Below are positions 1 through 8,484 of a stretch of 64,000 nucleotides of DNA, in pieces; the stretch's first letter is position 1, and the number at the start of each line of letters is the position of its first letter. The stretch spans positions 288,001 to 352,000 of the forward strand of contig CAWDDT010000004.1 in NCBI GenBank assembly GCA_963801165.1. The letters are read 5' to 3'. The DNA comes from an uncultured bacterium. Its GTDB lineage: Bacteria > Actinomycetota > Acidimicrobiia > Spongiisociales > UBA5794. Under the pieces are notes generated by a model. That model did no database searches. It was given only the letters and a program-made list of their open reading frames with translations, and had not been told where the DNA came from. A program made the translations under genes and the position numbers.

Positions 1-270
1 GCTAATGCCTCTCTCTTGGAGATACACCCGGAACGTGTCACCGTGGGCGAGGATGTACAGGCCGTCCTTGGGTCCGACGATGTTGCGCCCGAGTGCCAGG
101 AGAGCCGTGGGGTCCGGGATCTCGGAGATGAGATCGATCCATTCGAGGTTGAACGCCGCGTCGTAGTCGGCCGCGTTTGTGGCGCGGCGCCCCAATATTT
201 GCGACGCCACTCGTTGTGCCCGCAAGGTGAGGATGGCTTCGGCTTGCTCTTGTCGTGTCGGTCGGTCCAT
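1..270 (-). CDS. hypothetical protein, partial (runs off window start)
   Basis: ATG at 270 opens a stop-free frame MDRPTRQEQAEAILTLRAQ...AADYDAAFNLEWIDLISEIPDP...YLQERGIS with mostly G/C third positions; not in the ORF track because it has no stop in the window. Confidence 0.6.
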   Translation of the reverse strand, partial: MDRPTRQEQAEAILTLRAQRVASQILGRRATNAADYDAAFNLEWIDLISEIPDPTALLALGRNIVGPKDGLYILAHGDTFRVYLQERGIS

Positions 271-392
271 GGAGCAGCGACGTTAGTCGTCGGCGGTGAC
301 GGGTCAGGCGCTCGGGCAACCGGACCTGGTCGCTCGCCGATCCAGGGCACTCTGCGGAATGCTCATTCCTGCTATGTGAGGGTTGATCTGTG

Positions 393-422
393 TGTCATAC
401 ACGATATGATTACTGTATGACA
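393..422 (+). promoter_or_regulatory. TA operator inverted repeat overlapping a -10 box; leaderless start
   Basis: TGTCATACA-N12-TGTATGACA perfect inverted repeat; TATGAT at 405-410, ATG at 417. Confidence 0.7.
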
Positions 423-668
423 ATGTTCAGTTTCCGAGTGGATGACGAAGAAGCAGCCGACGCCCAGCAATGGGCGCTCCGCCTGGGTATTGACCGTTCA
501 GAGTTGTTGCGCGACGCGCTGCATCGGCACCTCGTACGGCTTCGGGCCGAGGTCGACATCAAAGCGTGGCAGGAGACGCCGCTCACCGCCGATGAAACGG
601 CCCTGGCCAAGATCGCGGATTGGGGCCCTGCAGAGGACTGGTCGGATTGGGCCAATGCAACGCGGTGA
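417..668 (+). CDS. mazE: RHH antitoxin, MazE2-like
   Basis: MFSFRVDD..RSELLRDAL RHH motif, acidic W-rich tail DWGPAEDWSDW; overlaps the toxin start. Confidence 0.85.
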   Translation: MTMFSFRVDDEEAADAQQWALRLGIDRSELLRDALHRHLVRLRAEVDIKAWQETPLTADETALAKIADWGPAEDWSDWANATR

Positions 669-963
669 AATCTGGTTTGCAGCCACACCGGGCGGAGACC
701 GCCCGGTGCTGATCCTCACTCGGGACCCGGTCGCCGACCGAATCGGTTCGGTCGTCGTCGCCGCGTTGACCAGGACTAGACGAGGGGTGGTGTCGGAGTT
801 GGAGTTGACGCCACAAGACGACGGGGTACCTACCGAGTGCGTGGCTAATTTCGACAACCTTCACACACTGCCGCGGGACTCTCTTCGAGGCAGAATCACC
901 CAACTCGGACCAGTCCGAATGGCAGAGGCCTGCCAGGTCCTGAGGGACGCGACTAGCTGCTAA
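655..963 (+). CDS. mazF: PemK/MazF toxin, MazF2-like
   Basis: MQRGEIWFAATPGGDRPVLILTRD...NFDNLHT, PemK signature. Confidence 0.9.
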   Translation: MQRGEIWFAATPGGDRPVLILTRDPVADRIGSVVVAALTRTRRGVVSELELTPQDDGVPTECVANFDNLHTLPRDSLRGRITQLGPVRMAEACQVLRDATSC

Positions 964-1010
964 CAGCCACCTGCATGCGTGAGGTTCGCGTCCACCGCGG
1001 TTTGCGCACG

Positions 1011-2375
1011 TCAGGCGTGGGGCAACCGGATCAAGGCGTCGACGCCTCCTTTGGGAGCCTCATACAGCGCGGCATCACCCCCGCTCGCCGTCGCGAGTTG
1101 ACGGACTATGGCGAGGCCGAGCCCGGAGCCCTTGCCCGGCTTGCCTTTGGAGTAGAAACGGTCGAAGGCGCGTTCGCGGTCTTCCGCGGGCATGCCGTGG
1201 CCCTCGTCACGGACATGAATCTCCCAGAACCCGTCCCGCTCGTCTACGACGACCGCGACGACACCGCCGTCCTGTGTGGCATCGAGAGCATTGGCGAGCA
1301 GGTTGTCGAGGATCTGTTCGGCCGCCCCGGGCACCGCCAGGGCCCGGGCCGTCGCCGGCGCCTCCATGGTCACCTCGACACCAGACTCGACTGCAAGTGC
1401 CTCCCATGCCGCGGTGCGCTCGTGGGCGACGGCGGCGAGATCGACCGGCTCGGGGTGGTTCGTGCCACCTTCGGCCCGGGCGATGGCGAGCAGGCCGTCG
1501 ACAAGCCGGGAGAGCCGGTGAATCTCGGCGATGGCGGCCGCGACCGCCTGCCGGTCCCCGGGCTCGGCGGAGTCGGCGAGGTTCTCGAGCCGGAGCCGGA
1601 GCGCCGTCAACGGTGTCCGGAGCTGGTGCGAGGCGTCGGCGACGAACGACCGGTGCGAGGCAACCAACGATTCGAGTCGGTCGGCCATCTCGTTGAAGGT
1701 CCCCCCGAGCGAGGTCAGCTCAGGAGCCCCTCTCTGCTCGGGCACCCGGCTGGTGAGATCGCCTGCCGCAAGCGCCCGGGCGGCCTCCTCCAGGCTCCGG
1801 ACCGGGCGGGTGACCTGTCTCGCCAGCGCCACGCCAACGGCCGCAACGGAGATCAGCACGACGAGAGACAGCAGCGCCAGCCGGATCCAGTTGTCGAGTA
1901 CCTCGTCGTTGAGGCTCCCCGCCGGGAACGTGATCCGGATTGCGCCCAGGATCCGGCCGTTGGAGCCGATCGGTTTCGCCACGTAGAGCAGATCGTCTCC
2001 GGCCGTCTCGGAGGGGCGTCGACCGGTGGCGCGCTGCCCGGCGAGGGCGGCCTGGATCTCGGGTCGCGTCGAGAAGTCCATCCTCGGTCCGCCAATATGG
2101 TCCGAGTCGGCGACGCTGATCCCGGCGTCGTCGACGATGATGATCCTCCCGCCCGGCTCATTGGCGTACCCGGCGAGGAGGGCATCGATCTGCGTGGGCC
2201 GGCCGGCCTCGAGATCGTCCTCGACCAGGCTGGCGACGACGGTGGCGTCGCGATCGATCGCATTGAGCAGGTTTGTCTCCTCGCGTGCGGCAAAAGTCCG
2301 GCCGAGCGGCACGATGAGCACAATGAGAACGAACGCGGTGATCAGGAGATACGTGCCCGCCAATCGTCGGGTCAC
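1011..2375 (-). CDS. HAMP sensor histidine kinase
   Basis: Two TM segments, HAMP, H-box DASHQLRTPL, N-box NLLANA, G-boxes DEGHG / GSGLGL; GTG start overlaps the RR stop. Confidence 0.93.
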   Translation of the reverse strand: MTRRLAGTYLLITAFVLIVLIVPLGRTFAAREETNLLNAIDRDATVVASLVEDDLEAGRPTQIDALLAGYANEPGGRIIIVDDAGISVADSDHIGGPRMDFSTRPEIQAALAGQRATGRRPSETAGDDLLYVAKPIGSNGRILGAIRITFPAGSLNDEVLDNWIRLALLSLVVLISVAAVGVALARQVTRPVRSLEEAARALAAGDLTSRVPEQRGAPELTSLGGTFNEMADRLESLVASHRSFVADASHQLRTPLTALRLRLENLADSAEPGDRQAVAAAIAEIHRLSRLVDGLLAIARAEGGTNHPEPVDLAAVAHERTAAWEALAVESGVEVTMEAPATARALAVPGAAEQILDNLLANALDATQDGGVVAVVVDERDGFWEIHVRDEGHGMPAEDRERAFDRFYSKGKPGKGSGLGLAIVRQLATASGGDAALYEAPKGGVDALIRLPHA

Positions 2376-3037
2376 GACGGTGCCTCGAGGCGGAACCCCA
2401 CACCGCGTATCGTGGTGATCCAATCCGGGTTGCCGAGCTTCTTACGGAGCGCGGCCATGTGCACGTCGAGAGTCTTAGTCGGCCCGTACCAGTGCGGATC
2501 CCAAACCTCGTCCATGATCTCTTCCCGGGACCGCACTGCGCCCGGATCCTCGGTGAGCAAGGAGAGAAGATCGAACTCCTTGGGTGTCAGAGGAACCTCG
2601 GCACCGGCTATGGTCACACGTCTCGTCCTGCGATCGATAGCGAGATCCCCGATCTCCTGAACACCGTTGGTCGGGTCGGTTTGATTGGTGGCGGCGCGTC
2701 GGGTCACGGCGCGGATCCGGGCAACCAGCTCGCGGAATCCGAAGGGCTTCACCACATAGTCGTCTGCGCCGAGCTCGAGAAGTACCACACGGTCGATCTC
2801 GTCGCCGCGGGCGGTGACGACGATGATCGGAACATCGGATCGCTCCCGGATCTTCCGGCACACGTCCCGGCCGTCGATGTCCGGCAAACCGAGATCGAGC
2901 AGGATCAGGTCGTGTGGTTCCGTCTCGAGCGCTTCGCCGCCCGAAGCCACCCTGGTTGTCGTGAACCCCTCACGGTGCAAGCCGTCGAGTAGCGGTTCGG
3001 CTATGGAGTCGTCATCTTCGACCACGAGGATTCGCAT
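2372..3037 (-). CDS. OmpR-family response regulator
   Basis: ILVVEDD, LLDLGLPD, GADDYVVKPF, winged-helix TIRGVGFRL. Confidence 0.95.
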   Translation of the reverse strand: MRILVVEDDDSIAEPLLDGLHREGFTTTRVASGGEALETEPHDLILLDLGLPDIDGRDVCRKIRERSDVPIIVVTARGDEIDRVVLLELGADDYVVKPFGFRELVARIRAVTRRAATNQTDPTNGVQEIGDLAIDRRTRRVTIAGAEVPLTPKEFDLLSLLTEDPGAVRSREEIMDEVWDPHWYGPTKTLDVHMAALRKKLGNPDWITTIRGVGFRLEAPS

Positions 3038-3049
3038 TGATTCGGCCTT

Positions 3050-3089
3050 TTCTTAGTGGATTCTCAGGAAGCTTTGCCGTGTCTTTACC
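3050..3089. promoter_or_regulatory. 11-bp-periodic direct repeats, candidate OmpR-family binding sites in a divergent promoter
   Basis: TTCTTAG(3050)/TTCTCAG(3061) and CTTTGCC(3072)/CTTTACC(3083), all in 11-nt phase. Confidence 0.5.
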
Positions 3090-3165
3090 TTTGGCTGGGT
3101 GTGCTCTGTACCGGCACAGCATACGGTTGTGAAGTCAAATCGATACCAAGGTCCAGGAGGACCAA

Positions 3166-3504
3166 ATGAAACTCGCAAAGCCCATCACGACATCGCTCGG
3201 CGCAGTTGCGCTGACGCTGATCGCGGCGGGCTCGGCCCTGGCGGTCAATATCGGGATCTTGAGCCAGAACGGCACCTCCGCCGTCGGGGCGCTCGACACC
3301 GTGACGAGCACGACGGCCGTTGCCGCCTCCCAGCCGAGCCCGCAGTTCATATACGTCAACCTCAATGACCCAACGCAAGCCGTGACCGCCGTGGATCAGA
3401 CGACCGCACCCCAGGTCGCTCCGGCGGCGGCAACCAATCTCGTGAATACCAGTCTCGTCAATACTGGTGAGCAAGAGTATGAAGGGGCCGAATACGATGA
3501 CTGA
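3166..3504 (+). CDS. secreted or membrane-anchored low-complexity protein
   Basis: AGGAGG RBS, N-terminal hydrophobic segment, T/A/Q-rich body, acidic end EYEGAEYDD. Confidence 0.75.
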   Translation: MKLAKPITTSLGAVALTLIAAGSALAVNIGILSQNGTSAVGALDTVTSTTAVAASQPSPQFIYVNLNDPTQAVTAVDQTTAPQVAPAAATNLVNTSLVNTGEQEYEGAEYDD

Positions 3505-4060
3505 CGATCAAGCACGCAGAATCGCGCAGCTGAACGCCCGGCGCTCGCAAGCCAGTTCGAGTGGGACCTCATCGCAAGTCAGGTCGGGTAGGGCATCAGC
3601 GCAAGTGAGGTCGGGTAGGACGGCCGGGACCGCCCCCGTTGCCAAGCAGCACAGGGCTCGCAAGAGCCGCGCCCTGGTCCTTGGTCTGAGCGTGGCCACC
3701 TCTGCAGGCCTGGTTTCGGGAATGTGGACGCAGGCGGCGCTGGCCAACAACGACCCGGCGGGCAGCACCGCGCTCCAGGCCGATCCGACACCGCAAGTCA
3801 CGACGACGACGTCACCGTCCAATGTCACGCTCCAGCCGGATCAGACGCTTGTGCCCGTTGTCATCCCCGGTCAGGACGGTCAACCCGACCATGTCGTGTA
3901 CCTGGTGGTCACCCGGCCGACGTCGAGTTCCGGCGCCACCTCGTTGCGTTCGACCACGAGCGGTACGACGCAAACGACGCAGCCACCCGCTCAGGCAGTC
4001 ACGCCGACCCCCAGGCCCACGATCAAGATACCCGTGACGAGAAGCCATGGCAGCCGCTGA
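3497..4060 (+). CDS. single-TM, S/T/P-rich protein, candidate flavinylation substrate
   Basis: Overlaps both neighbours; basic N-terminus, TM segment, extracytoplasmic tail with SGAT and terminal VTRSHGSR. Confidence 0.7.
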   Translation: MTDDQARRIAQLNARRSQASSSGTSSQVRSGRASAQVRSGRTAGTAPVAKQHRARKSRALVLGLSVATSAGLVSGMWTQAALANNDPAGSTALQADPTPQVTTTTSPSNVTLQPDQTLVPVVIPGQDGQPDHVVYLVVTRPTSSSGATSLRSTTSGTTQTTQPPAQAVTPTPRPTIKIPVTRSHGSR

Positions 4061-4949
4061 ACGCCACTTCCATGCCATGGGCGGGGAGGCTCACGTCCTG
4101 GTGGTTGGAGGTGGAACAGACCTGCTGGACGCGGCCGTGGAACGTGTTGCCGACCTCGAGGCACGCTGGACCCGCTTCCGCAAGGACAGTGAGATCTCGC
4201 TTCTCAACACGATGCCCGGTATGCCGGTCATCGTGTCGGAGGAGACGTTTGAGCTCGTCGACAAGGCCGTCTTCGCCTGGAAGCACACCCGGGGCCGGTT
4301 CGATCCGACAGTGTTGGGATCGCTCGCCGCCATCGGCTACGACAGGAGTTTCGACAACATCACCGACGAAGGAGCCGTCCGCCCCCTTACCGGTGCCCCC
4401 GGTTGCCACGGCATCGTCCTGGATCGCCGCAAGCCGGCGATCACCCTGCCTTATGGTGTCACGATCGATCCGGGCGGCATCGGTAAGGGACTTGGGGCCG
4501 ACATCGTCGTTCGTGAGCTTCTGGCCGCGGGAGCCGACGGAGCCATGGTCAATCTGGGTGGAGACATCCGGGTGGCCGGGCGCTCTTCGGAAGGAGAGGG
4601 ATGGACGATCCTGGTCGAGGATCCGTTCGATGCGTCGCAGGAGCTGGTCAGGGTGCACATCGCCGATGGTGCCGTCGCTACGAGCAGCAGATTGGAACGA
4701 CGCTGGGTGCGGGACGGCACGGAGTATCACCACCTCATCGACCCGGAGACGGGCCGCCCGTTCGGCGGCGATGTGGTCGCTGTGACCGTCGTGGCCGGGT
4801 CGGCCTGGTGGGCCGAGGTCATGACCAAGGCGGTGTTTGCCGCCGGTGCTGCCGCGGCAGATACGGTTCTCTATAACGCCAGCGCTTTGGTCATCGATGT
4901 CGACGGTCGGCGTCGAACTACCCCCGGATTCGTAGAGGCGGCGGCATGA
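4047..4949 (+). CDS. apbE: FAD:protein FMN transferase (ApbE)
   Basis: FHAMG, TRFRKDSEIS, FDPTV, DPGGIGKG, NLGGD, ATSS, HHLIDP motifs. Confidence 0.95.
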   Translation: MAAAERHFHAMGGEAHVLVVGGGTDLLDAAVERVADLEARWTRFRKDSEISLLNTMPGMPVIVSEETFELVDKAVFAWKHTRGRFDPTVLGSLAAIGYDRSFDNITDEGAVRPLTGAPGCHGIVLDRRKPAITLPYGVTIDPGGIGKGLGADIVVRELLAAGADGAMVNLGGDIRVAGRSSEGEGWTILVEDPFDASQELVRVHIADGAVATSSRLERRWVRDGTEYHHLIDPETGRPFGGDVVAVTVVAGSAWWAEVMTKAVFAAGAAAADTVLYNASALVIDVDGRRRTTPGFVEAAA

Positions 4950-5620
4950 GCAACCAACTGTGGTGGTACGTGGCCCGCTCGTCGGGTTTGGTTGCTTCAG
5001 CTCTGCTGGCAGTGTCGGTCATCTGGGGCCTGTTGCTGTCAACGCGGGTGCTGGAGCGGCGACCGAGCCCCAAGTGGCTGCTCGATCTGCACCGCTACCT
5101 CGGCGGTCTTGCGGTGATCTTCACCGGGTTCCACCTGGTCGGGCTGGTCGCCGACACCTACGTGCACTTCGACCTGGTCAGCCTCTTCGTTCCGATGGCG
5201 TCCGAATGGAAGCCGGGTCCGGTTGCCTGGGGTGTCGTCGCCCTGTACGGGCTGGTCGCGGTCGAGGTGACTTCACTGATGATGAAGCACCTCTCGCGCA
5301 AGGTCTGGCACGGCATCCATCTCACCAGCTACGCGGTGTTCTGGATGGCGGCGCTCCATGGGGCCACCGCCGGCACCGATGCCGGGAACGCCTGGTACGT
5401 CGGGTTGTCGGTGGCGAGCATCGTGCTGGTGCTGCTCCTGACGATCTACCGGATCCTCATCGGCAAGAAGTCACTGGCTGCGGCGCCGAGAACGAGCATG
5501 GAGACCGCGCGGACAACGGCCCGCAGTGTCTCGGGCAACGCTCGAGGCCGATCGGCCAATGCCGCCTACGGAAGGTCGGCGGTGCGATCCCGGCAGTCGC
5601 GAGTTTCGGCGAGGCGTTAG
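4946..5620 (+). CDS. ferric-reductase-like (MsrQ-like) transmembrane heme b protein
   Basis: LWWYVARSSG, DLHRYLG, FHLVG, WHGIHLTSY, ALHG; about 6 TM with candidate heme His ligands. Confidence 0.88.
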   Translation: MSNQLWWYVARSSGLVASALLAVSVIWGLLLSTRVLERRPSPKWLLDLHRYLGGLAVIFTGFHLVGLVADTYVHFDLVSLFVPMASEWKPGPVAWGVVALYGLVAVEVTSLMMKHLSRKVWHGIHLTSYAVFWMAALHGATAGTDAGNAWYVGLSVASIVLVLLLTIYRILIGKKSLAAAPRTSMETARTTARSVSGNARGRSANAAYGRSAVRSRQSRVSARR

Positions 5621-5660
5621 GCCCCGATGAGGGTGCCGTCTGGGCTATCGTCCCCGCATT

Positions 5661-8066
5661 GTGACCGCACTCCAGTCGTTTCTCGACCTCCGCAAGACGA
5701 TCGCCAGGGAGAAGATCGGCGACGGTGGGCTCGACATATGCTCCGCCCTGTCGGACAGACTCGATGCGTCCCTGGCCGAGCTGGGCAGCCAACTCGGAGG
5801 CGGTGCCGCCGTGGTGGCGCTGGGCGGCTACGGGCGGAGGGAGCAGTGCCTTTGGTCCGACGTCGACGTGATGGTGCTCCATGACCACGACGATCCGGAG
5901 ACGCTGGTCAAGACCGTGCTCTACCCATTGTGGGATGCGGACCTCAAGGTTGGCCATGCCGTGCGAACGGTCGCCGACAATCGGGCGCACGCTGCCGAGG
6001 ACTTCGAATCTCTGACGGCACTGCTGTCGGCCCGGCTGATCGCCGGCGATAGGGATCTATTCGACGAGTTCATGAGCATGCTGGTTGAGCTCATCCGCAA
6101 GCGTCCGCTGGCCCCGCGGCTGGTTGCGGCCGAGCGGGAACGGAGAGCCGTAGATCCTTACCCGACGATGACCGCCGACGTGAAGACCGGTCGGGGAGGC
6201 TTGCGCACCCATCACGGCTTCTGGTGGGAGCGGCGCCGTGCCGAGCTGATCGGTCTGCCGGTCGACGAGCCTGCCGCGGCCGAGGTCGAGGCGCAGGCAC
6301 AGCTGCTGGCGATACGCAACGCTCTTCATGCCAGCGCGGGTCGTGGCCAGGACCGGTTCCTGGCCGACCTGCGGGCACCCGCCGCCTCGTGGCTCGGCAC
6401 GGACGTGGCATCGCTCGCCAGGATGTTCACGTCCGCTTTGCATACAGGCGATCTCCTCGCGGATCAGCGATGGCCGGATCTGCACGCAGAGCAGGACCCG
6501 ATGGTCGGCTTGGGTAGGCGGATATTCGGTGTTTTCAGAAGCCGGTTCAGTGCCACCACCGAGCCGGCCAGGGACACGGATCGCGTCCTGGCCATGGCGG
6601 TAGTTGCCGCGGCTCGACGTGATGGCGCCTGGTTCACACCGGAGGAGGAGGCCGCAATCGCAGCAGCCGAGCCGACACGGTGGACCGCCGTCGATAGGGC
6701 AGCTTTCGTCAAGCTGCTCTCGGCGGGCGCCCGTGGCCGAACGATCTTCGGCCGTCTCGAGGTGCTTGGTTGGGTCGGGCGCGAGTTCCCGGAATGGGTC
6801 CCGGTCGCCACCGCCCCGCAGCTGGCACCGTTCCACGACCATCCGGCGGGCGCTCATCTGTGGCGAGCCGTCGACGAGATGGAGGGGCTGATCGAGGGTG
6901 GAGGCGACGCCGGTGCGGTGGCGGAAGCGGTTGGTTCGACTGAGGAGCTACTGCTGGCCGCTTTCCTGCACGACATAGGCAAGGCCCGCGGCGGCAATCA
7001 CGCCGAGGTCGGCGCCGCGGTGGCTGCGGTGTTTCTGCGTCGAGCCGGCTTTGGCGCCGCCACGACGGGTGTCGTCGTAGAGGCAGTGAAGCTGCACCTG
7101 TTGCTTTCGGAGACGGCGACGCGGCGCGATGTCGCCAACCTCGACGTCATCAACGAGGTGGCGGATCTGGTCGGTGACGTGCACCTGCTAGACGTCATCT
7201 ACCTTCTGACGATTGCCGATCTGAGAGCAACCGGGACCACGATGTGGAACGAGTGGCGATCGAGTCTGATCGACTCCCTGTACAAGAGGGTGCGGGACGC
7301 GATCGAGCAGGGTGGCGCCACCCCGGCGACACAGAGCGTTGATGCCATCCTGGCCGCCGCGGCCGGGTCGGTCGATCGCCGGGACATCGAAGAACACGTC
7401 GCCGCCATGCCAGACGACTATCTGGGAGCTACGACCGCTCGCGAGATCTTGTGGCATCTCGAGGTCATCACGTCACTCGACAACGCGGCCGCGCTGTCTG
7501 TTGACCCTGAAGACCCGGGGCGGGTGCTGGTAGTCGGCACCGACCGGTCTGGTTTTCTTCTCGCCGTCGCCAGGGCATTCACCGCCAACGGCGTAGGCAT
7601 TCTCGATGCCCGGCTGCGAACCCGGGCGGACGGTATCGCTCTGGACACATTTCACGTGCTCACCGACCATGCCGGCGGCGCTGTTCCTGCCGCCCGATGG
7701 GATGCGATTGCCGCCGATCTGCGCAAATCGCTCGAGGAAGGGAGCGATCTCCGTCCCGCGATCAGAGAGCGGGTCGAGGCCTACCGGCGACCTCCCCGCA
7801 CAGGTGCGGGGGTCGAGGTGCGGGCGGCCCTGGTGGACCGGCGCACCGTCGTCGAGGTGCGTGCCCCGGATCGAATCGGCCTGCTGGCCGACATCGTCGA
7901 GGCGCTGCACGGTGACGGTCTCGATATCCACCTGGCTCGCATCGACACCATGGGAGGCATCGCCCGGGACATTTTCTATGTGCGTCGCATCGGTGGCATC
8001 CCCATACGGGACGAGTCGGAGCTGGCGAGCTTGCAGGGCCGGATCACAGACAAACTCAGGGGCTGA
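5661..8066 (+). CDS. glnD: [protein-PII] uridylyl/adenylyltransferase
   Basis: GGYGRRE..SDVD nucleotidyltransferase motif, KTGRGGLR, HD domain LHDIGK, two ACT domains (DRSGFL, DRIGLL). Confidence 0.92.
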   Translation: MTALQSFLDLRKTIAREKIGDGGLDICSALSDRLDASLAELGSQLGGGAAVVALGGYGRREQCLWSDVDVMVLHDHDDPETLVKTVLYPLWDADLKVGHAVRTVADNRAHAAEDFESLTALLSARLIAGDRDLFDEFMSMLVELIRKRPLAPRLVAAERERRAVDPYPTMTADVKTGRGGLRTHHGFWWERRRAELIGLPVDEPAAAEVEAQAQLLAIRNALHASAGRGQDRFLADLRAPAASWLGTDVASLARMFTSALHTGDLLADQRWPDLHAEQDPMVGLGRRIFGVFRSRFSATTEPARDTDRVLAMAVVAAARRDGAWFTPEEEAAIAAAEPTRWTAVDRAAFVKLLSAGARGRTIFGRLEVLGWVGREFPEWVPVATAPQLAPFHDHPAGAHLWRAVDEMEGLIEGGGDAGAVAEAVGSTEELLLAAFLHDIGKARGGNHAEVGAAVAAVFLRRAGFGAATTGVVVEAVKLHLLLSETATRRDVANLDVINEVADLVGDVHLLDVIYLLTIADLRATGTTMWNEWRSSLIDSLYKRVRDAIEQGGATPATQSVDAILAAAAGSVDRRDIEEHVAAMPDDYLGATTAREILWHLEVITSLDNAAALSVDPEDPGRVLVVGTDRSGFLLAVARAFTANGVGILDARLRTRADGIALDTFHVLTDHAGGAVPAARWDAIAADLRKSLEEGSDLRPAIRERVEAYRRPPRTGAGVEVRAALVDRRTVVEVRAPDRIGLLADIVEALHGDGLDIHLARIDTMGGIARDIFYVRRIGGIPIRDESELASLQGRITDKLRG

Positions 8067-8092
8067 GCGGCGGGAGGCGCTCAGCCCCTGAG
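8055..8092. terminator. hairpin between convergent glnD and glnK
   Basis: CTCAGGGGCTGAGCG-N8-CGCTCAGCCCCTGAG, 15-bp perfect stem. Confidence 0.7.
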
Positions 8093-8121
8093 CTAGACAC
8101 GGGGTGCTCGGTTACGCGTTG

Positions 8122-8460
8122 CTAGATCGCGTCCCCCCCTTGTTCCCCCGTGCGGATGCGGACGAGAGCGTCGACGGGGGTGACCCAGATCTTCCCGTCG
8201 CCGATCTGCCCGGTGCTCGCTGTCGTCTGGATCGTGTCGCTGACGGCCGATGCCTCGGCGTCGTCAACGATCACTTCCAGCTTCACCTTCGGGGTGAACT
8301 CGACCGTGTACTCGGCCCCGCGATAGGTCTCGGTGTGCCCACCTTGCCTTCCGAACCCTCTGACCTCCGTGACCGTGACGCCCTTGACTCCGATGGCTCG
8401 GAGAGCGTCCTTGACTTCGTCGACTTTGTGCGGCTTGATCACCGCTGTAACGAGTTTCAT
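8122..8460 (-). CDS. glnK: P-II nitrogen regulator
   Basis: [38 protein letters not shown]; directly downstream of amtB. Confidence 0.96.
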   Translation of the reverse strand: MKLVTAVIKPHKVDEVKDALRAIGVKGVTVTEVRGFGRQGGHTETYRGAEYTVEFTPKVKLEVIVDDAEASAVSDTIQTTASTGQIGDGKIWVTPVDALVRIRTGEQGGDAI

Positions 8461-8484
8461 GTTCTCAACTCCTCTCGGTGTGAC

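Noticed and set aside
975-2660. 561-aa plus-strand ORF and many similar long antisense ORFs (e.g. 8104-9771, 15161-16678, 21066-22604)
   Set aside because: Shadow ORFs opposite well-supported genes, expected at high GC, with no recognisable motifs.
3572-3620. Imperfect ~21-bp repeat (QVRSGR x2) within the 3497-4060 gene
   Set aside because: An in-frame internal duplication in a disordered region, with no evidence of an independent function.
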